A DNA stretch of 63,874 nucleotides, filler included, from Octopus bimaculoides (GCF_001194135.2; 7 parts of 7 records of this genome joined end to end with filler, not necessarily neighbours in it); one strand, 5' to 3'; shown: positions 1 to 13,115, numbered from the whole stretch's first letter. Notes: generated by a model not told the origin, from the sequence alone. Made by a program: numbers and translations.

Positions 1-50
<50 letters not shown>

Positions 51-78
51 ATATATATATATATAGAGAGAGAGAGAA
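1..78. repeat. (TA)n/(AG)n microsatellite
   Basis: Directly visible dinucleotide runs; representative of dozens of (TA)n, (CA)n, (AG)n and (TACA)n tracts that flank most N gaps. Confidence 0.95.
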
Positions 79-429
79 AGATGTTTGCGTACAAGGTTAA
101 GTAGGAATAAAACGTTCTTGGTAGAGTATATTAGTAATAATAATGATAATGATGTTAATCCGAAGAAATGAGGGAATTGTGCCTTTATTTATATGCAAGT
201 AAAGAGTGTCTTAATTTTTTTCCCAAAGAAATCAAATGAAATGGAAATAAATAAATAAAATGAAATAATATAAACTATTTCCGCTATTACATTTATGAAA
301 TTTTCGTCCGATGCTTGAGAATGTTTGTGCTTCTACTGAAACGAAGAAGTTCAATTTTCAATTTCCTTTATATACGGAAAAGTAGTGTGGTGAGGGTGTG
401 GTGTGAATATACAATTTCGGCAACAAATC

Positions 430-1190
430 AAGCAATCGACAAATTGGGTTGGTCATTGGTTACTGTAGAGCCTACATCCTGTTTGCTATATTACACCACA
501 CTTCGAAGGTTATGCATTTGCAATCCAGGAACAGGAGTTTGCTACTAAGTACCTAATCAACAAAAGAGACAGTGAAGCCCTTGGAGTTTCAAGATGTAAC
601 CAAAACTGTAGATCATATCACATTTCTGTGGAAGACATCACACATGTAATTCGCAGCTGTACAAAGATGTCATCAAGGTACAACCTTCCTATGGACACGA
701 CTTTGTCGCAAAAAACAGTACACAATGCTATCCACGAAAGATGCTGTCCGGGAATAAATATCGAGAATCACTCTTTTGTTAAATACATAAACAAAAACAT
801 CAACACAAAGAATAGTGGTGAAACATTACCATCAAAACATCTGTCAAGTATAAGCATAACAGGCCGGATATTGTCACTTGGGACGGACAAGAAAATGTGT
901 GTACCGTCATAGCGGTCAGTTGTCCTGCTGATGTGAATATATCTGAAAATCAAAGAGAAAAACGAGAACTATGGAGAATTGTTTCGAAACCTCCAGCTTC
1001 TATATCCAAATTACAAATTTACATTTGTGCCAATAGTAATTGGTGGACTTAGTTTTGTGAGTAGATACCTAAGTGACAGTCTGGAAAAGCTTAGAATTTC
1101 AGAAAAAAAAAAAAAATCAACTAACTCGCACATGACAAATACAATCTGTAAATGGAACATAAAATATGTGAAACTATTCTCAAGTTTTAG
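430..1190 (+). mobile_element. Degenerate R4/Dong-like (RLE-type) non-LTR retrotransposon, C-terminal zinc knuckle plus restriction-like endonuclease
   Basis: Manual translation across frameshifts and stops: ITPHFEGYAFAIQEQEFATKYL (490-), C..CR....VEDITHVIRSC.KMSSRY..PM/RHD.VAK, HNRPDIVTWD...CTVIAVSCPAD, then track ORF 979-1287 FRNLQLLYPNYKFTFVPIVIGGL. The CCHC, RHD and PD-(D/E)xK order is typical of RLE LINEs. Confidence 0.85.
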
Positions 1191-1518
1191 ATGTGACATT
1201 GTTTTCGTTATCAACTTTCCAACGGTGGAGCTTTATATCTTTGTTAGAAACCAGCTCCTTACACAGAAGAAGAATTTAAATAATTAAAAACAAGAGAACA
1301 CATATGCATACAAATATACATGCACACAAATATGCATTCCGATCTTCTCATGGGAGACTATCATCTGACTATCATCAGGCATCTCTTCCTTTACGTTTAT
1401 ATGAAAAGCTTTCACAAACCGAGACTGCAAACTGCATTTAGCGGATTTCTTGAGTATATCCCTGTGATGTAAGATATATTGAATGCTACATGTGCGTATA
1501 TATGTGCATGTGCGTGCA

Positions 1519-1563
<45 letters not shown>

Positions 1564-1841
1564 GAGAGAGGATATGTGCATGTTTGTATGTGTGTGTGTG
1601 TATGTATTTGTATGTAGCTCCTAATGTACGGATGTTCCAACTGAGCCGTATTTTTTCATTACTCTTCAAAGCATAATGATGAAATAAGATACCAATGCAA
1701 TTGTAACTTATTCTACTATTATAAATATTCTTACACTAAGTCAATACGAATGTTTTCTAGATCTATAAATTAATTCACATGCATGAGCCTGCACTGACGC
1801 ACAACGTATACATATGCTTGCATAAATGCATACGTACGAAT

Positions 1842-1880
<39 letters not shown>

Positions 1881-2390
1881 NNNNNNNNNNNNNNNNNNNN
1901 NNNNNNNNNNNNNNNNNNNNNNNNNNNNNNNNNNNNNNNNNNNNNNNNNNNNNNNNNNNNNNNNNNNNNNNNNNNNNNNNNNNNNNNNNNNNNNNNNNNN
2001 NNNNNNNNNNNNNNNNNNNNNNNNNNNNNNNNNNNNNNNNNNNNNNNNNNNNNNNNNNNNNNNNNNNNNNNNNNNNNNNNNNNNNNNNNNNNNNNNNNNN
2101 NNNNNNNNNNNNNNNNNNNNNNNNNNNNNNNNNNNNNNNNNNNNNNNNNNNNNNNNNNNNNNNNNNNNNNNNNNNNNNNNNNNNNNNNNNNNNNNNNNNN
2201 NNNNNNNNNNNNNNNNNNNNNNNNNNNNNNNNNNNNNNNNNNNNNNNNNNNNNNNNNNNNNNNNNNNNNNNNNNNNNNNNNNNNNNNNNNNNNNNNNNNN
2301 NNNNNNNNNNNNNNNNNNNNNNNNNNNNNNNNNNNNNNNNNNNNNNNNNNNNNNNNNNNNNNNNNNNNNNNNNNNNNNNNNNNNNNNNNN

Positions 2391-2422
<32 letters not shown>

Positions 2423-2477
2423 GATAGATAGAAAGATAGATAGATGGTAGACAGAATTGTATATATATTCTGTCTAT

Positions 2478-2697
2478 ATTCCTTTTACTTGCTTCTGGCA
2501 TTAAACGTTGGGGACCATGCTGGGGCACCGCTTTGAATTTTTAGCCGAATGAATCGACCCCAGTACTGAATTTTTTAAAGCCTGGTACTTACTCCATCGG
2601 TCTCTTTTTGCCGAACCGCTAAGTTATGGGAACATAAACGCACCAACACCGGTTGTCAAGCAGTGAAGGGTTGGGGAGGGGGGACAAACACAGAAAC
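2478..2697 (-). mobile_element. SINE family B (tRNA head plus CORE-like body), 3' part
   Basis: Reverse complement matches the 3' half of the full copy at 13116-13526 (cttagcggttcggcaaaa..accgat, gtactggggtcgatt, gcggtgccccagcatgg). Confidence 0.85.
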
Positions 2698-3313
2698 AAC
2701 GCAAATAATGCTATAAATAATAGCGTGTAAATAGTGAGTTTTAAAATAACCCCTTTGTTTATGTAAATGTCTGTCTGTCTGTATGTAGGCATCTAACCTT
2801 TCATTTATCAGTCTCCCTATTGGTAATCAATTTATCACAATTAGCGTATTTATGCGTAAAGATATCAAGTTAGTGAAATGTCCCCTCGACAGACGAGACT
2901 TTTCTCGCTTCTGCCGCACCCGAATGACCTTTCACCTACAAATTCTATCATCGGTATTATTCACTGCGAATGCATGGAATGTTGCCAAGCACAAACTAGA
3001 ATAGATTCTTAAATTGTTAACCATCCTTTACAAACAGTAATGATGACTTCTCCCTTTGGCTCAAGGCCACGGCTATGTGAGGGAGGGATATGTATAGGGA
3101 TGTGCACGTGAGTGTGTGTGTGTACGTGTACACAAACACACACAGACGCACATACACACACACATATACACACATACGTACATATTCATACATACGCTAT
3201 GTATACACACACACATACACACATATACCTACAAGTACGTTGATGCAAACAGAAAAAAATAGAACTCAAGATATGAGTATATGTATGTTTTCATTAATAT
3301 TTAGCAGAAGTCG

Positions 3314-3360
<47 letters not shown>

Positions 3361-3390
3361 GTCATATATATATATATTACACATATGTAT

Positions 3391-3522
3391 ATTCTCTTTT
3401 ACTCTTTTACTTGTTTCAGTCATTTGACTGTGGCCATGCTGGAGCACCACCTTTACTCGAGGACATCGACCCCAGGACTTATTCTTTGAAAGCGTAGTAC
3501 TTATTCTATCGGCCTCTTTTTG
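3391..3522 (-). mobile_element. SINE family B, 3' end
   Basis: ctcttttacttgtttcagtcatttgactgtggccatgctggagcacc is the reverse complement of the tail of 13116-13526; truncated by a gap. Confidence 0.85.
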
Positions 3523-3622
3523 NNNNNNNNNNNNNNNNNNNNNNNNNNNNNNNNNNNNNNNNNNNNNNNNNNNNNNNNNNNNNNNNNNNNNNNNNNNNNN
3601 NNNNNNNNNNNNNNNNNNNNNN

Positions 3623-3900
3623 CAAACTTCATTTATTCATGTAGTGAGAACACTACATAAAATGTGCAATGAGAATGTACTCCTCAGCTGCATAACGGAA
3701 TTTCATTTTAGAAAGTAATTTTGTAGATGTGTGCAAAAAACAAGAGTAAGAGAAGAAAAAATACCATCTTGACTGGGCTGTCATTCAACAGTCTAACCTA
3801 TTGAATTTTTGTTGTTTTTCTTCAAATTTTATTCACCAAATCTCTTGATTTTGTTTTTGGTTTTTACCCTACCAAATTCTGGTGCCTCAAACATTTTAAG
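3623..3900. repeat. Unclassified interspersed repeat (family X), second copy at 49990-50195
   Basis: 3625-3795 is the reverse complement of 49990-50140 (gaggagtacatt.tcattg.acatt..., ttctcactacatgaataaatg); aacctattgaatttttgttg.tt.tcttcaaat is shared in direct orientation. Confidence 0.7.
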
Positions 3901-4498
3901 TACCACATTTAAGCTTTTGATTAAATCTATATTATTATTATATATACATATATGTATGTTATTTTGGTGGAGTCAGTCTTTTGCTGCTCAAAGTTTTACC
4001 TGTAGGCACACAGGATCTTCATGCACGTTGTGACTGGAAAATAGATGAGGTTTGCACGTTTTATATGTAGTTTTCTAGTCTTGAATATGATGGTGGGGAG
4101 GAAAACAGGAAGGAAGAAACTAAGAGGAAAAATGAAAAAAATTGGAAAAGGAAGGAGAGTAATAGAAAGAAAATGGGGCAAAAGTAAAGGGGAAGAAAAG
4201 AAAGAAAAGGAGAAAGAAAAAGACAGGGGGGAAAGAAGAGAAAAGAGAGTGAAAGAAATTATAGTAAAAAAGAAAAAGAAAAAAGAAAAAAAAACAAAAG
4301 AATGGAAAAATAAAGGAAGAAAGTGAAAAAGAAAAATAAGAGGAACAGGTTTGTGAAGATTACAGTTTGGAAAAGCAGACGAACTATTCAAAGTGATGAA
4401 TGGAAAATAAAAATAGCATGACAGTTAAAATGTCAAGGGTGTTGAATTAGAGGGATTGACAAAACAGCAAAGTGATAAACAAAATATAAAGGGTAAAG

Positions 4499-4823
4499 AG
4501 CCCCTTCGGTCATGGATGACCATGGGATTTCACCTAGAATGTTCCCCCCTCCAAGGCACAAGACGGGCAAGTTATTTATGGAAGACCAGCAGTCGTCCGT
4601 GCATACCAGCCTCTCCTCTCCACTCCACCGATGTTATCCAAGAGAAAGGCAAAGGCTGATTCAATTTGGCACCAGTGATATCGCAACTCATTTCTGCAGC
4701 TGAGTGAACTGGGACAACGTGAAATAAAGTGTCTTGCTCAAGAACACAATACACAGCCTGGTCAGGAAATTGATCTCACTACCTCATGATTGTAAGCTCG
4801 ACGCTATAACCATTGAGCCATAT
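4499..4823 (-). mobile_element. SINE family C (tRNA head, CORE-like domain, distinct tail)
   Basis: Minus strand: tggctcaatggttatagcg (A box), gagatcaatttcc (decayed B box), tgtgttcttgagcaagacactttatttcac (CORE-like, shared with 22015 and 62816). Confidence 0.8.
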
Positions 4824-5079
4824 AGAATGATACAATGATTTGAGAAGGGTGTGAATAGAGTATTGGAAATTACTGAAAACTATGATTATTGAAACAAAAG
4901 AAAATCACAATAAGTAAGGTTGTTTTTTGAGGAATGGTCATTAGTTCAAATGGGATAAAGTGAAATGAAAGGAAATGAGATTAGAATGAAGACAAAATGG
5001 AAGAATAATTTTTTCCGACTTTTTCCACAAAATGTTATTTATAAAAAAAGAAAAAAAATCTGGCGCTCCGTCGGTTACG

Positions 5080-5280
5080 ACGACGAGTGTTCCTGTTGAT
5101 CTAATCAACAGAATAACCTGCTCGTTAAATTCATATGCAAGTGGTTGAGCACTCCACAGACATACATGCTCTTGACATAGTTATCAGGGAGATTCAGCGT
5201 CACAAAGAATGCAACAAGGCTGGCTCTTTGAAATACAGATATAAAACATTTTTGCCAGCTGAGTCTATACATCCCTACCA
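5080..5280 (-). mobile_element. SINE 3' portion (family C/D-type tail variant)
   Basis: Minus strand begins ..actcagctggcaaaaatg (cf. actcagctg in family C) and ends ctcgtcgtcgtaaccgacggagcgccag; head missing. Confidence 0.55.
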
Positions 5281-5504
5281 ATATTTCTGATTTTTTTTTT
5301 TTTTGTTTCTTTTACCATTTTGTCTTCATCATTTTATTAAATTCATTTTACTTTATTCCATTTGAACAAATGACCATTCTTCCAGAACAGTATCTCAGTT
5401 CTGATGTACTTCTTGAGAAGTTCTAATTGTTAATTCTTACCAGCATTCACCTGATGAAAACAGTTTTGGTTCCAAACCTCAAAGAATTCCTCTTAACATA
5501 TGGC

Positions 5505-5506
5505 TA

Positions 5507-5582
<76 letters not shown>

Positions 5583-5635
5583 CGTTACTATTGTTGTTGT
5601 TGTTGTTATTATTATTAAGGCGGCGAGCTGGCAGA
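5505..5635 (+). repeat. (ATT)n microsatellite followed directly by a SINE family A 5' end
   Basis: About 37 ATT/GTT units, then aaggcggcgagctggcaga (family A head) running into a gap. Confidence 0.9.
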
Positions 5636-6162
5636 NNNNNNNNNNNNNNNNNNNNNNNNNNNNNNNNNNNNNNNNNNNNNNNNNNNNNNNNNNNNNNNNN
5701 NNNNNNNNNNNNNNNNNNNNNNNNNNNNNNNNNNNNNNNNNNNNNNNNNNNNNNNNNNNNNNNNNNNNNNNNNNNNNNNNNNNNNNNNNNNNNNNNNNNN
5801 NNNNNNNNNNNNNNNNNNNNNNNNNNNNNNNNNNNNNNNNNNNNNNNNNNNNNNNNNNNNNNNNNNNNNNNNNNNNNNNNNNNNNNNNNNNNNNNNNNNN
5901 NNNNNNNNNNNNNNNNNNNNNNNNNNNNNNNNNNNNNNNNNNNNNNNNNNNNNNNNNNNNNNNNNNNNNNNNNNNNNNNNNNNNNNNNNNNNNNNNNNNN
6001 NNNNNNNNNNNNNNNNNNNNNNNNNNNNNNNNNNNNNNNNNNNNNNNNNNNNNNNNNNNNNNNNNNNNNNNNNNNNNNNNNNNNNNNNNNNNNNNNNNNN
6101 NNNNNNNNNNNNNNNNNNNNNNNNNNNNNNNNNNNNNNNNNNNNNNNNNNNNNNNNNNNNNN

Positions 6163-6574
6163 TGTCTCTGAAAGGTTGGGCGGATTTGGTGAATGGGTAC
6201 ATTGCATCCGTCATATACTACCGCCTAACTGTCGTCTCTTGCCCCTCTTCGTGGCTGAACGGGCTGGTGCAGTTGCTTTTCCGCTTCCTGTGGAAGGGAC
6301 AGGTACCGCTTATCAGACGGTCCATTTGCTGTCGACACCCGCTGCGTGGTGGACTGAGCATGTCATGGCTGAGGATGCGCAGACATGCGCTGAGGCTGCG
6401 ACATCTCTAGCGATACCTTAACGGTTAGCAGGTGTGGTCAACATTTGTTGAACGCGCTTTTCCGCAGCTCGTCTCCTTGACGGAGCTACAGTTCTGGATC
6501 AGGCGTAGACCGAGGCAGGGCGCTTGGCACCAATAGAGTGTCTCCAAGCGCTCTCAGCCCTCGGCCAGTCGGGC
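6163..6574 (+). mobile_element. L1/Tx1-clade LINE ORF2 fragment (post-RT region), degenerate
   Basis: SLKGWADLVNGYIASVIYYRLTVVSCP..WL..LVQLLFRFLWKGQVPLIRRSICCRHPLRGGLSM.WLRMRRHALRLRHL*. FLWKG...RR..C..P..GGL is characteristic of Tx1/L1 ORF2; in-frame stops follow. Confidence 0.8.
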
Positions 6575-6897
6575 AATATTATTATAATCATCATCATTAT
6601 TATTATTATTAGTGGAGTTCAAATATCACCGAGATAGACGTTTCCTTTTATCTATTAGGCGATGAGAACTGAAATCAATAAAATTGTTGACCTTGTGCCA
6701 AAATTAGAAATGATTAATATTATTATTACATTTTTATATGATATTGTATTGCATTATATTTCATTATACAATTTCCAGCACTGCCGTCATTAGCTTCTCA
6801 CAAATAATAGCAAATACCAACCATATGATACTGAAATTGCATCCTGAAAATAACACAGATACCTAAAGCTGCAATAACAGTAACACCTGCGCTCTAC

Positions 6898-6986
6898 AAG
6901 AAGAAGAAGAAGAAGAAGAAGAAGAAGAAGAAGAAGAAGAAGAAGAAGAAGAAGAAGAAGAAGAAGAAGAAGAAGAAGAAGAAGAA

Positions 6987-7034
<48 letters not shown>

Positions 7035-7080
7035 AATGATGGGGGGAGGAGGAGGAGGAGGACGACGACGACGACGACGT
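6898..7080. repeat. Compound trinucleotide microsatellite (AAG)n(GAT)n(GGA)n(GAC)n
   Basis: Directly visible; source of the poly-S/F/I ORFs. Confidence 0.95.
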
Positions 7081-7703
7081 GAACGATCACTCGCGTGACC
7101 TACTTGTTGGGATGTTAAGCTCACTATAACCAGCGTGTTCGAGTCCTGGATCGGATCAGATAGCAGGTTGTGTCGTTGACCAAGGAACATTATTTCACAT
7201 TACGCCATCTGAAAAATCAGTGCCACGCTGGAGAACCCCCTTTTACCCCACCCTCCAGCTACCGCGTATCTTCGATGTTCGACAGGATCCTAGTAATGTC
7301 CGAGTATGTGTTTGTCTCTGCTCGGGGTTACATACAGTCATGGCCAATGATTTTGACAACCACCGTTATTTTGCTATTTCATGTGAAATATCATGTGAAT
7401 GTTAATGATTTAATATTATTTTAACAGGTTATCTGTTATCCAATAAATTTTGAAAGAAAAACTGTTGAAGACCAATAGATATTGCAAATAATCATCAGTT
7501 TGTGGAATTGGTTATATTTCCTACAAATGAAAATCACATTCCTCTTCATGATTTCAGGTTGGAATCGCATGCAAACTAATATTTGATAATCAGAACAGTA
7601 AGTATATTTATTTATGATGTCATGAGCCTTTTATGATTGAGTTTTTAATTAATGAATGCTCTTTTTCTCACAAAAAACTTTTTTTTATTGCAGGGCTGGT
7701 ATT

Positions 7704-7803
7704 NNNNNNNNNNNNNNNNNNNNNNNNNNNNNNNNNNNNNNNNNNNNTTAATTAATTAANNNNNNNNNNNNNNNNNNNNNNNNNNNNNNNNNNNNNNNNN
7801 NNN
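7704..7803. other. Artificial 100-bp scaffold linker 44N-TTAATTAATTAA-44N (also 16233-16332, 21880-21979, 46020-46119, 50215-50314, 52481-52580)
   Basis: Six spacers with the same geometry; the 12-mer places TAA in all six frames. Confidence 0.95.
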
Positions 7804-7950
7804 TAGTCGACCAAATCGACCCCAGGACTTATTCTTTGTGAACCTAGTACTTATTTTATCAGTCACTTTTGCTGAACCGCTAAGTTACGGGGGCTGTAAG
7901 CATACCAACATCAGTTGTCAAGCGATGGTGGAGACAAACACAGACACACA
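7804..7950 (-). mobile_element. SINE family B, 3' part
   Basis: aaatcgaccccaggacttattctttg...gaaccgctaagttacgggg...gttgtcaagcgatggtgg matches family B reversed. Confidence 0.85.
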
Positions 7951-9829
7951 AATACATACATACATACATACATAATACATACATACATACATACACACAC
8001 ACACATACATACATACATACATACATACATACACACATACATACATACATACATACATACATACATACATACATACATACATACAAGCGTACATACATAC
8101 ATGGATATATATACATATATATTAAACATGGAGAATAGCGTTGTTGCTGTTTAACCCGAGGACAGATCTAACTGAGAAGTCATCTAAAGATTCTGTTGGC
8201 CAGAGTTTATCATGTGCCTACACCTGGAAATATCGTCTGCTGAGCGCAGATCTGCCCACATTTTATATTTTCGTTGAACTCCTATTCATGCGATAAGTAT
8301 CTCCTTTTCACGCCACTGAGATTTCCCAAGGGAAAATGGAAGGTCAATGAAGTTCATCACCTGTTTCAACAGAAGCGGTCTTAGAATGTAAAGACAGAAC
8401 AAACGCTCTTTGGTATTCCGTCCATGGTTCTAACAAATCTGCCAGTTTACCGCCCTATACTAGCATTTTATGTTGTGGACCCCGAAAGAACATAAAGGAG
8501 AAATAATCTCTGCGGTTTCGAACTCAGAGCAGAAACTACTGAAACAAATACATCAATTTATCTTGTCCACCGCTCAAGCAATTCCGCTGTCATGGGTTAT
8601 TATTTTTTTTTTTTTTATCGATTCCCCCTCCCTTCCTCGCGGATAAATGGCAAAATTGGCCTCAGCGGGTTTTGAAACCAGTACATAGAGATCTCGAACA
8701 AGAACAGCAAAGCATTTTGTCCTACTCCCTGAAAATTCCGTCTTGGCCTGTGTCTTATTGTATCGATTCCGAAAGAATGGAAGACAAAATTGTCGTCAAT
8801 GGAATTTGAACTCAGAACCTAAGAATCTGAAATAAATGCCAATTTTCTAACAATTCCGTCAATACAACGCCCTGGACTGGCAATGTTAATATCAGCGGGA
8901 TTTGAACTCGGAACATAAAATTCTACTATTTTTGTGCTAGAGAAATCTGGAATAACACCCTGACTCATGAATGAACAAGTATCTGCTCTTTCTGAACACA
9001 GCAACTGCTTGCTTGTACCTGTTGCATAGTTGTATATATGGTGAAGTTTTTAAGATGGCGGGGTTCCTTATGAAGATCGTTCTGCCAATGAAATCACGCT
9101 CTGATTATGGTTCCCTTCTTCATTGTTAACTAATCTATTAATTAATTAATTAATTTGTTCAGTTATTTATTAGCTAATTCATTCGTTAATTAATTTGCTC
9201 GATACTTTATTAACTGATCTATTTTTTATTAACTTACCTGTCAATTAATTATGTAATTCTCTATTAACGAATAAATTAATTAAATATATAATTGATAGAT
9301 TATTTAATAATAATAATAATTGAACTACAACTAGTCTGTGTCTTATTGCAGTCTCAAGTTCTCTAAATACAACAATATCTGTTCCAACAGATGCTGTCAC
9401 CTCAGAAATCTTGAGAAACAAATACAAAAGACTCATGGTTTGAATATAGTTGTACATTAAGTAGCAAAGAAGAGTGGAGTTTCTGCAGAAAACTCACATA
9501 AAATATCTTTCCTGAACCATAATTACATCTGCTGTAGTATTTCGAATATAACCATTTAATCATTTAATCTTCAAAGCAGCGGATTGAACGAACCAACAAA
9601 AGGATCTCTACGTGGTCGCTCTATATACATCTTCTTTAAATCACATTCTCTTGATATATATATATATACAATTTCAAATTAATTAATTAAATTAATTAAT
9701 TAATCAATCAGTTAATTAATAATTTTACCAAGTAGATCGGTACGTTAAAATAACCTTTATAGGTAAAATTATACAAATATTCTACAAATTATAGAATATG
9801 TTTATATATATATATATATATATATTCTT

Positions 9830-10250
9830 TCTTCCTGTTGCAGCTGGACAAGGAAGACGTATTCTTGTATGTCTCCTGTCCAAGCTTGTTTCTTCGTGTT
9901 CGCCACCACAACCTCGTTTAGGCTTAGCAGCACTTCCTGTTTGTTTTCACTGTCCTGCTTTTGTCACCAATTTTGACTCTTTGCAAAATTCCAAATTCTA
10001 TTTAATTTGCTTTGTGGGAGCAACCGTTTTATCGAAAGCGTATCTTGTCATGAACTGCAAAAACTGCTCATGAACTGCTCAAGATTAGAAAAACAGCTGA
10101 CAACTGATGAAGGGTCATTCTTTATGTTCTTTGTCTTATTTTCCATTTGTTTCTTTCGTTGCTCGCAAAAAAAGTTCATATTCCATGTCCTCGTACTTCG
10201 TATTTTTTGTTGTTTATGCTTTGTGACGTCGTGTGCCCACATACTTACAT
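9830..10250 (+). mobile_element. Interspersed repeat homologous to the arms of the 21016-21820 fold-back (probable Penelope-like non-autonomous element)
   Basis: Shares cactgtcctg.ttttgt..ccaa.tttga, tgggag..ac.gt, acagc.gacaa.tgatgaagggtc.ttctttatgtt and tcgtattt...gttgttta with 21511-21820. Confidence 0.65.
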
Positions 10251-10314
10251 GTATATATGTATACATGTAAGTATGTATGTATACGTATGTATATATGCAT
10301 ATGTATATATTATT

Positions 10315-10360
<46 letters not shown>

Positions 10361-12509
10361 NNNNNNNNNNNNNNNNNNNNNNNNNNNNNNNNNNNNNNNN
10401 NNNNNNNNNNNNNNNNNNNNNNNNNNNNNNNNNNNNNNNNNNNNNNNNNNNNNNNNNNNNNNNNNNNNNNNNNNNNNNNNNNNNNNNNNNNNNNNNNNNN
10501 NNNNNNNNNNNNNNNNNNNNNNNNNNNNNNNNNNNNNNNNNNNNNNNNNNNNNNNNNNNNNNNNNNNNNNNNNNNNNNNNNNNNNNNNNNNNNNNNNNNN
10601 NNNNNNNNNNNNNNNNNNNNNNNNNNNNNNNNNNNNNNNNNNNNNNNNNNNNNNNNNNNNNNNNNNNNNNNNNNNNNNNNNNNNNNNNNNNNNNNNNNNN
10701 NNNNNNNNNNNNNNNNNNNNNNNNNNNNNNNNNNNNNNNNNNNNNNNNNNNNNNNNNNNNNNNNNNNNNNNNNNNNNNNNNNNNNNNNNNNNNNNNNNNN
10801 NNNNNNNNNNNNNNNNNNNNNNNNNNNNNNNNNNNNNNNNNNNNNNNNNNNNNNNNNNNNNNNNNNNNNNNNNNNNNNNNNNNNNNNNNNNNNNNNNNNN
10901 NNNNNNNNNNNNNNNNNNNNNNNNNNNNNNNNNNNNNNNNNNNNNNNNNNNNNNNNNNNNNNNNNNNNNNNNNNNNNNNNNNNNNNNNNNNNNNNNNNNN
11001 NNNNNNNNNNNNNNNNNNNNNNNNNNNNNNNNNNNNNNNNNNNNNNNNNNNNNNNNNNNNNNNNNNNNNNNNNNNNNNNNNNNNNNNNNNNNNNNNNNNN
11101 NNNNNNNNNNNNNNNNNNNNNNNNNNNNNNNNNNNNNNNNNNNNNNNNNNNNNNNNNNNNNNNNNNNNNNNNNNNNNNNNNNNNNNNNNNNNNNNNNNNN
11201 NNNGTGTGTATTTGTGTGCGTGTACTCGGACATATGAAAGGGTCTCAATGTAAGAGGGGTCGCGTAAGGAGGGCATAGCCTCGTGTACGAGAGAGTATTG
11301 TTGAACTCCTTAGCTGTTGCACTCTTTTATTTATCGACTTCTTGAGTTACGAAGCCACAAATTTGCAGGGGCGTGGAACGACGATGTGCGATATTTGATC
11401 TTTTCTCAAGGTCATCAGTCATACAAGCGAAGCGAATTTATTATCAACTTGGAAGTGAATTCAACTTCCGAGAAACTTAGTACTTTTCTGTAGTTGATTT
11501 TTTTTTTTTTTTTTCGTTAATTTAGCTTGAAGTATAAGCCAAAATAGAGTTAGATGCCTTTCCTATGTACATAAATCAATGCTAGTAGATGGGTATGAAA
11601 TGAGAACCTTAGACGGATGTTTCGGCCGCATTATTTTGATTAATGTAAGGAATAAATCTCTCCAAAGCACCCAAAGACCAAAACAGCTCATAAATAAAGT
11701 TTTGGTACTTAACTCCAATTTTATGGTGTTAAAAAGATAAGAAATAAATTTGACTTTGAAATTAATCCCAGTGTATTACAGATAAAATTCTCAGGAGGTT
11801 TTATATATATATATATATAGTTTGTTGAAATCAAGCACAGAGAATTTAGCATTCCATCAACAGAAATATACAACAAAACAAATGGAATCGATTTGAACTC
11901 TAAACCTATGTTATAGTAATCATTATCCTTATGCTGATTACGTCTCTTTAGTATGAAGCACTTAGCTCGTATCCCCTCGATCTGCTTATGCTCCCATACT
12001 TTACAAGGTTCCAGCATTTCAGAGAGAATTGTATCCGTGTTATATTCATAAGTGTCTTATTACCTTCAATTCTTCCTGGAATTTTGATGTTTGGAATCCC
12101 ATATTTATTGCTTCTCAAAACACGGAAACAATGCTGCTAACTTCCCTACAGAAAAAGCAACTACTCTGCGCTGAGTTTTCCTTACCTAATTCCATTTTAG
12201 TCAGTGGTACAACTTATACCCAAACAACTAGTTACTCTATCCAACACATTCTATTCAGATAACTGAATACCCTTCTGCACTGAGTTGAGTCCTATCTCCG
12301 TATGTTCTACACCATGTTTCTCTGCACATCGTGCAAATACAGTAGTTTATCACATAACCAGACTCATATCACCCGCCTCTCCTCTTATTTCAAGTACGAT
12401 GTCTCATATCAAAAGCAAACACACGCGCACGCATTCACACACAGATAAAGCGCCTTTCTCCGATCCATAACTACATCCTTTTAAGTATTTCGAATACTTC
12501 AAAACAGCA

Positions 12510-12680
12510 GACAGAACGAGGCAACAAAATGGACCTCTACGTTGTCGTTCTGTATGCTAAAAAGAATAGCCAAGTTTTCCTAAAATTACATTATATTCTG
12601 TTCTCTTGAAAAATAATGTATATATTGAATGGATTAACCTTAGATGTATTTAAATAAGACGGGATAGTCACGGCTGCGAC
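12510..12680 (-). repeat. Short repeat family E (gatttggctgctatttctagca..gagcgaccacgtagagg); other traces near 9590, 38990, 40170, 41005, 46285, 53170, 62700
   Basis: Recurring motif ctctacgt(g/t)gtcg(c/t)tc / gctatttctagc at several loci on both strands; copies are diverged. Confidence 0.5.
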
Positions 12681-12865
12681 AACTTTAATTGGTATTCTGG
12701 CTGTTCATTGGTCGAACCAATAGTAATGCCAATAACATAAAAAGAGAACATTAACCTAAGAAGCAAGTAGAAATAGAATCGGTGTTGTGCTACGTGTACG
12801 ATTCATGCGTGCACAGATCCCTACTAGCTTATGAATTGTAAAAGAAACTCGTTATTAACCATACT

Positions 12866-13100
12866 AAGGCAACGAGCTGCCAAAATCTTTAACACATCGG
12901 GTAAAATGCTTCGCAGTATTTCGTCCGTCTTTACGTTCTAAGTTCAAAAACCACCGAGATCGACTTTACAGTTCGTCCTTTCAGGGTCGATTAAGTAAAT
13001 GCCAGTCACGCACTAGTGTCGATTTAATCGACCAATTCCCTCCCAGTAAAACAAACAACAACAAAAAATTGCTGGCTTTGTGCAAAAATATGAGACAATT
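12866..13100 (+). mobile_element. SINE family A, diverged copy
   Basis: aaggcaacgagctgcc..., ttacgttctaagttcaaa (B box), cctttcagggtcgattaagtaaatgccag. Confidence 0.8.
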
Positions 13101-13115
13101 ATTAATCATACTTTA

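Noticed and set aside
3996-4391. Lys/Glu/Arg-rich ORF 4045-4326 and its Phe/Ser-rich antisense
   Set aside because: Purine-rich low-complexity DNA; no splice or domain support.
10100-10130. CTGATGAAGGG in the 9830/21016 family as a hammerhead
   Set aside because: No GAAA after the putative stem II in any of the three copies.
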